Source of the DNA: Centroscyllium fabricii
Taxonomy: Eukaryota
NCBI GenBank assembly: GCA_051313645.2
Contig: JBNRSN020000011.1
Location: 77,500,001-77,564,000, forward strand
DNA length: 64,000 bases
Direction: 5' to 3'
This document shows positions 13,368-26,869 of the stretch, piece by piece. Both the position numbers and the translations under genes were made by a program. The notes below the pieces were generated by a model. The model saw only the letters and a list, made by a program, of their open reading frames with translations. It ran no database searches and was not told the origin of the DNA. Position 1 is the stretch's first letter; each line of letters begins with the position of its first letter.

Positions 13368-14866
13368 TAGGCTGATTTTCTGCTTTATAACTAGGCTAGA
13401 CAGTAAGCAGTGGTCTATGTAGAATCGGTTTACTGCTGAGTAACTATATACTGCAGTATTAGTTGGATTAATGTTAGTAACATGGAGTTTAGTCAGTGAT
13501 GATTTCTGTTCTAATTTACTTCTTGCAAAATGGGAGCAAATGTTTAAATATGTGAGAGCAAGATTCGGTTTTGTTAGTACTTTAAATACTTTGCTGTATA
13601 ATAGCCAAACATCTGTTCTAATTGAGTTTTGGGGATTGGACATTATTTTGTTTCTTTTGATAAATTTCACAAACTGTAAGATAGGTCAAATTCCAACCTG
13701 GGTTTAAGTTAAATTACCTTTCCCCTACACTGTTTCAACCCAGTTGATTGTCCACTAAGCTGTCTGGTTTTATGTACATCAGTGTACATTAAAACAAGAA
13801 GCCATCTCTACTGTATTTACAACATATTTCATAGTGAATGTCCCTTTCAAAATCCTGTACTGAATTGTCACAATTATAGATACTATAAGTGAGATCTGTC
13901 CACTTGCCCTTCATTGTGTTTCATATTTCTTAACTGTTGGTCAGAGGAAGACATTTTGTATAGAGCTCTGTTATGTGACATCATGATGTTCCATTTCAGT
14001 AAAATAATTGATGGAAATGGTGTGGCTGTATCCAGCTCTCTATACTGATGAAATCATTAGACTATAGATTCATGATCTCCTATTAGATACCTCTACACAA
14101 AATGTCTGTTCCCATGCTGCCCCTTACTGACAACTTTAAAGTATAAAACATATCAAAGAACAGGAAAGTGAGAGATTGCATTTCAATGTATAACATTTAT
14201 AATTAAGTGACACTTTCCTTTTAAAAACAACACTTATCCTCAATCTTCATTAACCGTAACATTATGAAAACTGACAGCAGGGTAAACGCCATAAAGATGC
14301 AAATTCTAACAACAAAATATATTCACTGTAACTGAAGCAATATACTAAAAATATGAGCTACAATTTAACTATTAAATAGGATCCAGCTCTAAATTGCAAT
14401 AATATACAACAATAATTCTATTGCCTTCTATTTACATCCAGCATTTTGATATCAATGGAACTATGGCTGCTGTGAGAAACGCAGTGCAGAAGGATTTACT
14501 GAATCCACTAATTAACAAAGAGCAAACTATTTTAACAAGTAGCAGCTGGTCCCTGGCTAGCATGAGATGAACCATCAAAAAGTTAACCACCTAATTACAG
14601 AATCCAATTACAGCAGAAAAGATCTCTAGGAATTGGGATGTATAATTAATAGCCAATAATGATTGTTTTTAACTCAGTCTCTTGGATTCTGATAAATAAT
14701 AAAGATAGAAATGTAATGAGTCCACAAGAATGTCCCATTGTATTTGCAATTATTTAACACAGTATGTGTGGTGTAGTGAGTAACTGGAAGTTATGGAGAA
14801 GCATAAGGAAACTGTGTACTGTGCTGGGGGAAGTGTTGTCTCCTTTCATTTTTTACCTCAAAGTGT

Positions 14867-15961
14867 TGTAATGTCTCTGTCATAGGTGGGATTCCTCTTT
14901 AAGGATTCCCCTTTAAATTCTGTGGCCTTTTTTCTCTTAAGGATTGAATGTACCTCGTTTACTAGTGCACATACCTGAGTGTACCTCGTTTACTATTATA
15001 TTCACTTGATTGGATAGCCCTAATCAATCAAGTTAGCTTGAGCTGCTTATAAGCTTGGAGCTGGCACCAGGAAGGGGCCGGATCGTTGATGCTGATTACT
15101 ATGATGTAGGTGTTCGGTTCCTGGCTGGCTGGGCCAGTCGAATTGTGTGAAGGCCCTGCTTGCATAGGAATTGGATTCTCCTTCTGTTCCAGTTCCTAAC
15201 TCTCTGATGAAGTAGTCGTTGTAAAGGGTTCTACTCACAGAAGAATAACTTGTTCCAGTTCCTAACTCTCTGATGAAGTAGTCGTTGTAAAGGGTTCTAC
15301 TCACAGAAGAATAATTTGTTCCAGTTCCTAACTCTCTGATGAAGTAGTCGTTGTAAAGGGTTCTACTCACAGAAGAATAACTTGTTCCAGTTCCTAACTC
15401 TCTGATGAAGTAGTCGTTGTAAAGGGTTCTACTCACAGAAGAATAACTTGTTCCAGTTCCTAACTCTCTGATGAAGTAGTCGTTGTAAAGGGTTCTACTC
15501 ACAGAAGAATAACTTGTTCCAGTTCCTAACTCTCTGATGAAGTAGTCATTGTAAAGGGTTCTACTCACAGAAGAATAACTTGTTCCAGTTCCTAACTCTC
15601 TGATGAAGTAGTCGTTGTAAAGGGTTCTACTCACAGAAGAATAACTTGTTCCAGTTCCTAACTCTCTGATGAAGCAGTCGTTGTAAAGGGTCCTGCTCAC
15701 TGATGAATAACTTGTTCTAGTTCCTAACTCTTTGATGCTCTTCGCTGAGTGTCCTGGGGGTCCGAGGCGTATTATGAATATCCTGCTCTGTGTTGGGATA
15801 TTCTTCTATTACCTGAACTCTGTTTAAGACTTGTTGATCTCTGTATTGTAGTATTTGACTTTATGTATATATATTGTTTGGCGACTTGGGGAATTAAAGG
15901 AATCTTAGTTCTAGACTGTTGTCCAGTGTCTCGCATTTGGGCCCCACCACCAAACGTTACA
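14867..15961 (+). mobile_element. Probable solo LTR in PRRX1 intron 3
   Basis: TGTAATG...CGTTACA termini, flanks GTGT/GTCT, ATTGG 15009, TATAAG 15048, ATTAAA 15893 followed by a GT-rich tract. Confidence 0.62.
15185..15737. repeat. 66-bp tandem array, 8 full units plus a partial unit
   Basis: Unit TGTTCCAGTTCCTAACTCTCTGATGAAGTAGTCGTTGTAAAGGGTTCTACTCACAGAAGAATAACT, nearly identical copies, no spacers. Confidence 0.97.
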
Positions 15962-17715
15962 GTCTCAGATAACACACATAAAGTGTTAAGGGTGAATGTT
16001 TTTATTTGATTTTGTACAATTAAACTTGAGTGGGGGGGGGAACATTTGTGGTAGTCTAAGGTTTAGTTCTTAAACAAGGAGCATTGGTATTTGTTCAGAT
16101 CACCTAAATTTCATGATAGCCAAATTCTTATAGTGAAGCTGAATTTGAATGTGAATTTTGAATAGTTATGCCCAAATGAATGTTCAGTGTCCCCAACAGA
16201 ACACTTTCAGTACTCCGCTTATCTCCAGCTAGTCCATAGTAAGCAATACGTGGTATATATAGGGTACACTATTTCCGTACAAAATACAGTAAGAATAATG
16301 TATTAAATAATAAATATTGGGGATAAGTTAATGGCTGTAATTTGAATTTCAGATTCCAGTGGCATCTAGAAACTATAAATACATCTAAAATCTTGTAAGG
16401 CTTTTTACATCATTGTACTGGCCTCTCAATCTGTTGAATAATGCTTTAAGATCTGGATCCTGTCAATGGATGTTCATTTTATGCCTGGCCTGTAGTTCCA
16501 AATGGGAACTGAGTTGGTGCATAATTCGGCTCCTGGATGCTACCGTGAACAGTGCAATTTCTCAAATCCCCACTTACTTGGGTTTCCCAAGTTTGAAGCC
16601 GTGATATTGACTTTGCTTTCCTCCTATGATAAATTGTCATTGAGACACTGATGTTGTGCTGCCAAGAAACATGCCTACTGCCAATCTAACTGCCTATTGT
16701 GAATGCTGATCATCTGAAGCAAAGAAATCACTTCACAAACTGGCTGTGTACGGAAAAGGTCCGGACAGACAAAATTCATACGTGGCACAGGTGTAGTTTT
16801 TCGTCCTTTTAGATTTGTTGACGACCCGGGTGCTGTAAGTGGGGGTGGGAACCTCGAGTTATGGGGGTGGTGGGTTGAGGTAAGCCCTATTTGAGACTGC
16901 TGTGGATTTCATTCTCTCCAGTTGTCTGCCAAATTTCCTCTACAGTGTCAACAGATGAAAACGTAAATGCTCAGAGCCACTTCTCCACCTGGACCTAATT
17001 GACACTGCAAAATCACACCTCATTGAAATCACTGCCACCATTTTGAGAACCAGCACATATTACAGGCAACCTGTCCAATGATGGGAATAATCCAATGAAG
17101 CTTTGCTCTCCGCTATATCAACCGGATCTCAATTACATTTCTTCCTTGTAATGACCCCCTTATCCGTTATAAAGAATTTACATTTATACAACGCCTTTCA
17201 CGTTCTCGGGACGTCCGAAATCGCTTCATGGCCAAGGAAGTACCTTTGAAATGCAGTCACTATTATAATGTCGTCAAATTTGATTATTTAATTATGTTTG
17301 TCACAGGTATCCATTATTCTATATCTTTCTCCCTCTTTCATATATTATTGCATTCAGATATGTTTACAGATTACATTTACACCAGGGATTAACCAAGGGG
17401 ATACGCCAGGGCAAGCATTCATGGGTACTGAAAACTATGTTCCAGGAGTGCTTCCAGGGAATTTATCTTCATGTTACATTTGTATTACCCACAGAGCGAA
17501 GTTAGTTCTGGTCTGTGTGAGCTGGAATCGAGATTTGTGTCGTGCAGTGTATAGTCAGGTGAGATTATAGATGATATTACCTATAGAGCGATGTTGGGGC
17601 AGTTAACTCTGAGCCTTGGAGACTGCATTCAGGAGGGACTTGCTGCGTCTATATTATGGCAAATTTGCAGGCAATGCGGTTATAGATTACATTTATATTA
17701 CCAATAAGAGATTAC

Positions 17716-17891
17716 CCATATGGAGATGTCGTTCCCCAGGACAGGTAATCCTGGGCTCTGGGCGCTGGACGCGGGGCCATAGGCTGCTCCACCGCCTCCC
17801 CGCTGTATGATTTGAGGATAGAGGCATTTTTACTGGCCAGCAGGGCTCTCTCGTTCCGCCGGAATTTCGCTCTTCTGTTTTGAAACCAAAC
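17716..17891 (-). CDS. PRRX1: PRRX1 coding exon 3 (176 nt), homeodomain recognition helix
   Basis: Not in ORF track; manual translation VWFQNRRAKFRRNERALLASKNASILKSYSGEAVEQPMAPRPAPRAQDYLSWGTTSPY; ctctcag| acceptor, GG|gtaat donor (phase 2). Confidence 0.97.
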
Positions 17892-20362
17892 CTGAGAGAG
17901 AAGAGAGAATGAAATAATTAAATTCAGTGCATTTAACCTTCCGTCTATCCTTTCTAACTGCGGTCACTTTCTTGTAAGGCCCAAGGTACATCACTCATTG
18001 AGTTATATAATGGGATATATCCCGTGTAAATAAATCTTTGTGTTGGAGTAATATTCAATTAAGGATCTTCATTTAATAAGGAGAAAATGACATCATTGAC
18101 ACAATCTCCAAAGGGATCCCATTATGGGAGGCAAAATATAAATTTATTGACAAACTCAAAGCTGTACCTTTTCAATTGTATTTTGATTTGGGGGGGGGAG
18201 GGTCATTGCGAGAGCGACTCTTATACAAGAAAGACAGGCGTCCTGCCATACCACGCTCAACAAACTCCAAGCTATCTATGTGTGTCCGATCCTCACTGCA
18301 TAGACAGAATCCACCAATTTAGGGCGTAGATCTATAACAAATATGAAATAGTCTAGATTTTTGTAGATTATGCTATTAAAATTATGGACATTCTGCTTTT
18401 AAGGATTTAGTCGTTTCTAAATGTGCAGATTCCATTGGATTTGTTTCCTCAAATCGACGCATTCAAATTTAAACTCACATTTTAAACTCGCTCAACGGTT
18501 CAACACCAGGATTTATTAAAATGTTTATTTGGAAAATGTACAATCTGACACAGTTCCCAGACAGTGTGCAGTTAATCCTGTTTGTTTCCCATTATTGGTC
18601 TATTTCAGTGTAAATTCCTCACACACAGTTGAAGCCAATCTGTCACTCTGGAAACATCTCCTTCACAGTTTGGAACAGATTGAAAGGGCAGTAATTTGCA
18701 TCGTGTGGGAAGATGTGCATCATGTTTGTGATGGTCTGAAAGTTAGCTTTGGAAACTTCTGAGAAACGAATCCCTGGGGTTTTAAAAGAATATATTTTGT
18801 GGCATTGCTGCAAATTCCCAGTACAAATTGCGATTATAATCGATGCGTGCGCTGGGATGGGTGGAAAGTATTGCTTTGGATTACTGGGGGAAAGAGGTGT
18901 TGCAGGACTAGCTCCAGACAACGTATATTGTATGAGCAGTGCAATTTTCAGTAATGTTATACAAGCATAGGGCTGCTCCTCTCTAAACAACCTAAACACA
19001 ACCTCAATAAATGAGCCGACATCACCCATTTTCCATGACACAGTTGAAGCCAATCTGTCACTCTGGAAACTCGCAGCCACAGGCTGGACCGATTGAAAGA
19101 AAACTGACGTATCTTCTCACTTGTGGAGTTAGTTGCGCATTAAATACTGTTTATTTTCAAATTTTCATCTTTTTTCCTTCTGCAAGGTAAAATCCATGTA
19201 AATATCCCGCGACTGGGCATGGGATTGGAATGCTCCAGTATTTTGGAATTACTTTGGAGTCTAGTCCCTGATAAGATTTTACTGGGTTTGCCAAACCAAC
19301 TCAACGTTATGAACAAACAATGTATTACATATTAAAATTAAAGGGCGACTCAGAAAGTTGCGCAGTTATCAATCTATTCTGGAGGAACTTGCTGCCCTAT
19401 AAAAGTATTCACAGCTCTAGACACATAACCTGACCATATTGGCACATGATTTCTCTCTCCCGTTCCAAACGTTTCGTGATATTTAATAAAAATGGGGAGG
19501 AAATAATTTTAATCCATAGAATAAGGTTTAAGGGGGAACTGGCTGGAAATTGAGAGGCTATCTATGGTGCCAACGGGTTGGTGTTGCGAAGGGCTTGACT
19601 GGAGACAGGGAAATATACTGGTGTCTGACCTGTCCCATGGTGATGACGGTGGGCGATGGGGTATTATCACTTTCCTGCTGAGTCTGAAGGTATAGAGTTG
19701 TAGTCTGTGAATATATAGTGTGTGGGCCTATTTTCTGGGAACATTCTACTAAAGGTGTCTGGCTAGCCTTCCTCTCCCCTGTCTAATATTCTAGGCTTCC
19801 ATTCCAGCCTAACCTGCTGATATGACATATTTTCAAAACGTCAAGAAAATGAATAACGTGACTGACACAATGCAGGGCCTGTGGAGATTTTTTAATGAGC
19901 CCGGTCTCCCTCTCAAAGAACATAGCGCAGTTGGCCATCGATCTGAATTGGCCATTGAGAAGAACATAGGTTTGGAGTTGGACAATACACTATCGATGCA
20001 AGTGTTTCAACTTGTAGCGTCTGTTGTTTTGACTTTCACTTATAATTATTCACCATATGACTTGGGGACATGATTCTCAATCTGAAGACACCTATTGTTT
20101 CAAGTGTGATGAGCTCCTCGCCGTTTTCTAACATTTAGACCTATGATCGTCCGCAAACTGTCTCCAGTGCAATTCGAAACTCCAATATTGAATTGCGATC
20201 ATCTTTGAGCTTTAATAGTTACATGCTCCTATTAATGTTGCATTGTCGCTATGTATATCTCTCTTAAGAATACCTCTCAGTCTTTGCTTTGTTTTCTCTT
20301 CTCTTTGTCCCCCCCCCACCCCTTCCTGCTTGTTTCATTCCCCAGCTTTAGTCTTGATAAAG

Positions 20363-20398
20363 GGTCTTGATAAAGGGTCCCAACCCGAAACGTCGACT
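20363..20398 (+). ncRNA. Minimal hammerhead ribozyme-like motif (Penelope-derived)
   Basis: GGTC-TTGATAA-A-GGGT ccca ACCC-GAAAC-GTC-GACT: stem I, U3-A8 core, stem II, GUC cleavage triplet. Confidence 0.55.
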
Positions 20399-22204
20399 CT
20401 CTTTCCAGCATTTCTGTTGTTGTTATGTATATATGTGTGTTGTATAGTCTGCCTTTGTACTATATACATTCGACCCAAATGTGTTGTACGTTCTGTCCAT
20501 ATACATACATTCTACGCGTTGTGTATTCTGCTCATGTGTTGCATATATTCTACTCACAATCAAAATCGGTATAGCAGGTTTTTTAAATCAGTACGCCCCT
20601 TTCAAATTTCGTTTATAACCGGATAGCAGAGCGTTCACTGATGTGCAGTTTGAAATCCGCTTTTTGCTGCTGACTTGTTACTGTTTAATTTGCTGTTTCG
20701 CAAAAATGGTGACCTCTGTTTCATTTGTATTACGTAAAATGAATATCTTCTCAACCGGTATGGCTGAAACTTCATCTCCCCCCAGTCTATAGCACTTGTG
20801 AAAGTCATGACTACGTTACATTGCGTGGCACTGGTGTGCTACCTCAACGACAGTAAAGGGGAACGTGACCCGAATGAAACGTTCCTGAAGTTCAGAAGAA
20901 GACAATACTCACTCATAACTCTTTTAAAGATTACATTAACCAGTCAAACGGAAGAAGCGCCCAACTGAATTAATTTGAAATGTATTCTCCATGATGAAGC
21001 GCTCACAGCATTTTAAGCAACAATTTTCTATCGATATGTTTACTGGCAGCTTTCTTGCTTCTGGGTGCCGCTTGATGACATCATGATTTAAAATAAAACA
21101 CTACAGCAGAAAACGGGCATCGATTGCAGGATTTAATAAACCAGAGCTGGGACGCACAGAAACAAAATATTTATTTTCTGAGTAGGAAAAACACTGGCCA
21201 ATATTGTGCACCCAAGTTCAGACAGCATGGGGTAGTCTGCCCTGAAACTAATATTAATAACAAAGAGAAGGAAGGCAAAAGGACATCAGAAGCATATTCC
21301 TTTCACTTCTATTTCTGCAATTAATCTGTTGCCATTTTTGAAGTTTGCTTTTAACTGCGTGTTTACTGTGTGAATGAAGGCAGCGCCTGATCAGCCAGAT
21401 CACTGAATGTCCAGTCCAGTCCCAATCACACTGACACTGAATCCCACTCCCTGTATGTTAACATTCTCTGGAACATAAAAGCTCGACGCAAGGTCCACCA
21501 TCATTTATGCATAATGTTTAGCCTTTGATTTTAAAAAGTCGTTACAGAGTGAAAAAACAGTGTAACTTTGGAATCCGGCACAGAAATAAAATGATCCCTG
21601 TTAGCAAATTCTTGCAATTGTGAATACCAACATTCATTGGTTCTTGTACGCTCTATGTGATAAATGATAAACAATTTTGCATATTATATATAAAGGAGTA
21701 TGCGAATATGTCTGTGTCCACATCTAACCTGGCCGTAATGGCTGGGACTCGCAGTTAGAAGGAATCTCATTTCTGATGACAAAAAGCCGCAACAGACAGC
21801 GTCCGTTCACCCTAAAAGCAGGCTGCTCCCGCTTTTTTCATATTAGCGAAATTATTTCTTATTATTTTCTACAATATTGAAGGAAAATAATAAAACAGCG
21901 GGTGTTGCCTTTAGTCTGTATAAAAGATCACTTTGAGCTGAATAATTTATTTAATTGAAAGCAAAGAGTTGGACAACGTTGTTTGGTCATCGGCTGCTGT
22001 TAGCAAAGGCAAAACATACCTAGCAACAGAACCTGCAATGATACCCAGTGTTTAATATATGGGCAGTAAACAGCGAGGGAGCGGTACAGTGTCACTAACC
22101 TGTGAAGACAGCTACCCTCCCTACCCACTTTATCCAATCAATTATACCAAATGGTGAAATATGCAAATAAACTGTTGCAGAAAGTCACTCTGGAGTCAAT
22201 ATTA

Positions 22205-22417
<213 letters not shown>

Positions 22418-25400
22418 TTACACGCACCTTTAATCAGTTAGCACTTACAGAACTAAAAGAGACAAAAGCTCTACTCGAAGTACAAGGGACCTACAGAACT
22501 TGCTATTTGTGCAGCACCGCACTTGTATTTGCCCGCCTCTATATCTCACTAGGGCGCTTATCCAGACAACCGACTGTCTGTTTAGGTAAATCGCTCGCAT
22601 TGTGTTAAAAAAGACGGGTCTTTTCTGAGACTGCCCTTAATTTTAAGGGAGGAAAGATCAAAATACAGGTCTCATTGGGCTGCGGAAAATCCCATTTCGA
22701 TTTGCACACTTGGAATGAGGACTTGACATTGTCTGAAAAGCTACTCAAACAGACTCATTGAGGGGCAAATGTCCAGATGAAACTGCCACTTGTTCTCCAG
22801 TAATTATTTATTAAACGTAGCATGCTTACTGTGAGTATCCTTGTGAGATTTAGCATTCCCGTGATTTGATAGTGCTTCAGTTTATCAGATGAATCTTTTC
22901 TGTTGTCTCTCGTGCCCTCTTGGAACGATATTCGCTTATAAATCACAACTGGGTCATAAAATAGAGCCCGCATTCTCCATGTTTTTCCAGCCCGATTACT
23001 TTTCTGAATGCCTGGGGCTGTATCTTTCCATTTAGAGAACCCCCGTTTGTTTTATCTGTAATTCCCAATTCAAAAGCCAGGCCTTTCCTTTGATTGATGA
23101 AAGGATTAAATCGTACTGAGCATCAATATTGTCACAAGTATTACAGGTTCCCTGAGCTAGAACTGAAACTGAGACCACGACAGGGAACTTCCTAGCACAG
23201 GAAACTTGCCTGGGGATTAGAGAAATATTTAACTAATATATTTTTCTTTGTCCATTAAATGGCTGTTCGTCCAGTGGCTAATGAAATGGCCACCTCTCCA
23301 CCACAGAAAATCGAGTTTTCTGGCAGAATCTCTGAGCAATTCCAGATTTATTAATGATTTACCAATGGCCTAACAGTGTATACTGAAGAAAAGGTGTCGT
23401 TAAGTGTGAATGTGAGTTCATACATATTGTACGAATGTGTCATCATAGACCTGTGCTCCTCCATATTGTATTAAGAAATTGCCACCTATACATGGAGGAT
23501 GTTTGCATGTAGTAAGGAATAACTATTTGTGTGATCTTTAACGGCACAACAATTTTCTATAAGTAGATGTGGTACCTACTACTTTAAGATACCTTGTCTG
23601 ATGGGCGTGTGCTATATATTATTTGAAGAAATGCCCATATTAGGTGATGCTGTCTGAAGAACTAACGGGTTGGGTGTGTTGTATATTCTGTTTTAGGCCG
23701 TTTCTCGATGATTTCTGCTGTGGTCCAATTTTTACATTCCGCTCCTCCCTCAGTTTAGAATCTGCCTTACAATGCAAAGATATTATTGTATGTTCATCGG
23801 TTTGTGCGTGGAACCTCCAATTTTTCTCATGCTAATGTGTGTTTTGTGATTTCCTTGGCGGCTACATAGAGCAACAGTTCAGAGACGGAGCAATAAAGTG
23901 ATTCAAATCGTATAAATCCACTTGAGACCTATCAACCTCTGCCGAAGTGATTATTTTTGTCAAACATATTAAATAATTATTTACAGCTGTAACCGATAAT
24001 TAAGGCTGTGAGGTAGGTTAATAAATAACATATTTTCTTGATATAAACAAATTACAGTCACTCTGTCTCAGCAATCACAAATCTGAATGTTTGCCTCCTA
24101 ATCTAGGAGGAAAATCCAGGCTGCTGAAAGGTTACAGAGCTGTGCTTCTGTTGGTAGGAGTGTCACTCAAACAGATCCTCGCATTGAGTATCGTTGTTGT
24201 GATGTCGGTTCTTTTCAATTGTCGATCAACCTTGAGAAACCTACACTCTGGGAATGTTCAATTGTACAAATAAAATTCCTCAGCTCTTTGCGAGAAAAGA
24301 AACCCAGAAGCAATCAAGGTGCCCAACGCAGACAGAACTCTTGTCACGTTCTTCCAATTTTACATTTCTGTCGCTCTATTATTCAGGTTACAGTTTGCAT
24401 TTTGCCGAGTCAGTCCCCGGCTGCAAGCCGTTGGTGTCGCATGTATTTAAATGCGTGAAGTGTGCAGACTGAATAGATCATCACTCGGGTTTATTATGAG
24501 AAGACAATGAGAAGTGTTGTGTCTGGAGTGACACTGGCTGGTAGGACAAAGCGGGGTGGAATTGGGGATCAACCACTCTAGGACATTTCCGCAAATTACC
24601 TTCTGGGGCTTTGGTTTAAAGGTGATGGTTAATATTATCAAATCCCTTGTTCAAATTGGAGGCCAGCGGCTAATTCTGGGCCTTTAACCTTGAGTGCTTT
24701 ATTGGGTAGGACGGACCTAACTTGATAGCCTAGACTCCCTTCCGATCTTGCAATAGCCCCTTGGCTTAATAACTGCCACTAAGAAACTCATTATTGGTAC
24801 AAAATGCCCTTAACCATCAAAATGTTTCATAATTGGGTAGTTAAAATGTAGTGGAGAACTATAAACTATAAAATGTTAGCAGTCATTTCCAGGGGCCTTC
24901 TTCAGAATGGCAGGCTCGTTCTGTTGCTCGGGGCAAATTCTCAGACCAGGGGATCAAGGCAGATCTCCGGTCAGGGGCACATTGCCGGCGCCGATCCACA
25001 TCTGCTGTGCTGTCAGAGAGATGTAAAGGGGGTGGGGGGGCGATGAGTTTAGGCCGAGCTGGCTCCCTAAGCCGTATCTAATGGTCAGTAGAGGTCTCTG
25101 GAGGGGGGGGGGGGGGGGGGAGAGAGAGAGAGAGCGAGGCACGCTCTGAACACCTCACATCAATCAGACCCAGCATCAAACTCACTCTGATCCATGGGCA
25201 GGCGGAACACTTCTAACAATCTTTATCTTAACAGCAACAGGATGAAAGGAACTGAACATTTTACACGCTTTTCCCTTATCTTTTATTAGCAAACTGGTGC
25301 CAGCACTGGAAGAGAACCCAATTAAAGTTTTTCTTTGTCTTTTAAGTATTTTGTTTATAGTTCTGTTTAAAGCAAATAAAATATAGACTGTTCCAGGACA

Positions 25401-26619
25401 AATTATGTATGAACGGATATTGTTGTATCCATGTGTCTATTAAAGCCTGCCTGTACATATAATGTACGATACATATTTCTTTTAATGTCCTGTGTCCACG
25501 CACACATTCCTACAGAGACTGTACTTACAAGAAACGCATGAGGTTCAAGTGTTGCTAGAGTTGGTAATGATTTTACTTTCAAAAGTGATAAAATCAGAGT
25601 TATTTTGTGCACGGGGAGCGAGTGGGTTTTGGCCGGCGTGTTGCCGTGGATAATTAGAAGTAAATGTTTCCTTAGCTTTACATGCTAGGCATGATTCATT
25701 GAAAACAAAGATGTCGTCTTTTATCGCTGATGCATGACAAATCAATTTATCAAACTAATCAGATTAGCTGTCATTACCAGTGTTGTTGTCTGTGGGGACA
25801 CTTAAAGCACTTTTGTCAAATTCAATCTGTCCACTTGTAATGCCTACACATGTTCTGAGACAATGAACTATCAAGTGCAATGTGTTTCTGCTAATGAAGG
25901 TGATACATTGCTGAATGGCCAGACGATGTAATTCCCGCTCGCTCAATTAGCTTTGAATTTACAACGCTCCTTGATTTTTCAAAGTAATTGTATTTCATGT
26001 TACCATCCATATGCCCAGGTCCTTGAAATGTTTCACATTGAGGTAATGTGAACCATCAGAATATGACAGTCTCTCTCTAGCCTCTCCAGTATTCACATTG
26101 CACCGTAAAGTTATTGTACGGAGAGACTGGTTTACCCGACCCTGGCTTCTCGTTAATATGTGTCTAGTTTACAGAAGCACATCGCTGAGCGTGTTGACTT
26201 TCTTAAGAAACACTATTTCATTCGAACTCACCGCGTGTAGGGCGGGCGGTACTCGATCTCGATGCCAGTGAACATGCTCCACTCCATCTCGGATATGAGT
26301 ATTTGTGTGAAGCTACACTGCATTGGGGAATGTTATTTCTTTTTTTTAAAGAAGCGAAATGTCATTAAAGGTGAGATCCTGCATTGTCAACTTTTTAATT
26401 GTTTGTTCTACTTTCCTTTCCCCCAAACTCTGATCTCCATCTGCCTCCTAAAAGGCGCCCCGGGACTCTGCCAAACGAGATCTCCACGCTTCGGTCATAA
26501 CAAACGGCTCCACGACATTTTACACGTACGTGTTAATGCGATGATCCCTCTTCGCGCCGCAGTGATAATCCCGTTAGTAAACCCTTGTCCCCTATTGTAT
26601 TTTTTTTGTTCACACTTAC

Positions 26620-26869
26620 TTTCTTGTTGGGGAGTGTCACTGCCGCTGGTCACCACCGGGGACTCGAGCAGTTTCCTGCCCGCCTCACTCACACTCTCGT
26701 CGGCCTGCTGAAGGTTCATCTCTCCCACTTCTTCCAGATCCAGCAGGTGACTCACCGTGAAATTCTTTTTAGACTGTAAATTGTCCATGTTGGCCGTGAT
26801 AGTGTTCTCCAAGCGACTGGGTACAGAGGACGCGTGCCTGTCCATTACATGGGGATAACTCGAGCTCAT
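26620..26869 (-). CDS. PRRX1: PRRX1 coding exon 1 (250 nt)
   Basis: ATG at 26869; MSSSYPHVMDR...KKNFTVSHLLDLEE...LLESP..TSGSDTPQQE matches the PRRX1 N-terminus; ends A|gtaagt (phase 1). Confidence 0.96.

Noticed and set aside
15185-15737. CRISPR-like array or repeat-protein gene (217-aa ORF)
   Set aside because: Units are contiguous with no unique spacers, the context is eukaryotic with no cas genes, and the ORF lacks an ATG and follows from the unit length being a multiple of 3
26262-26779. Plus-strand ORFs overlapping PRRX1 exon 1
   Set aside because: Antisense shadows with no recognisable protein features
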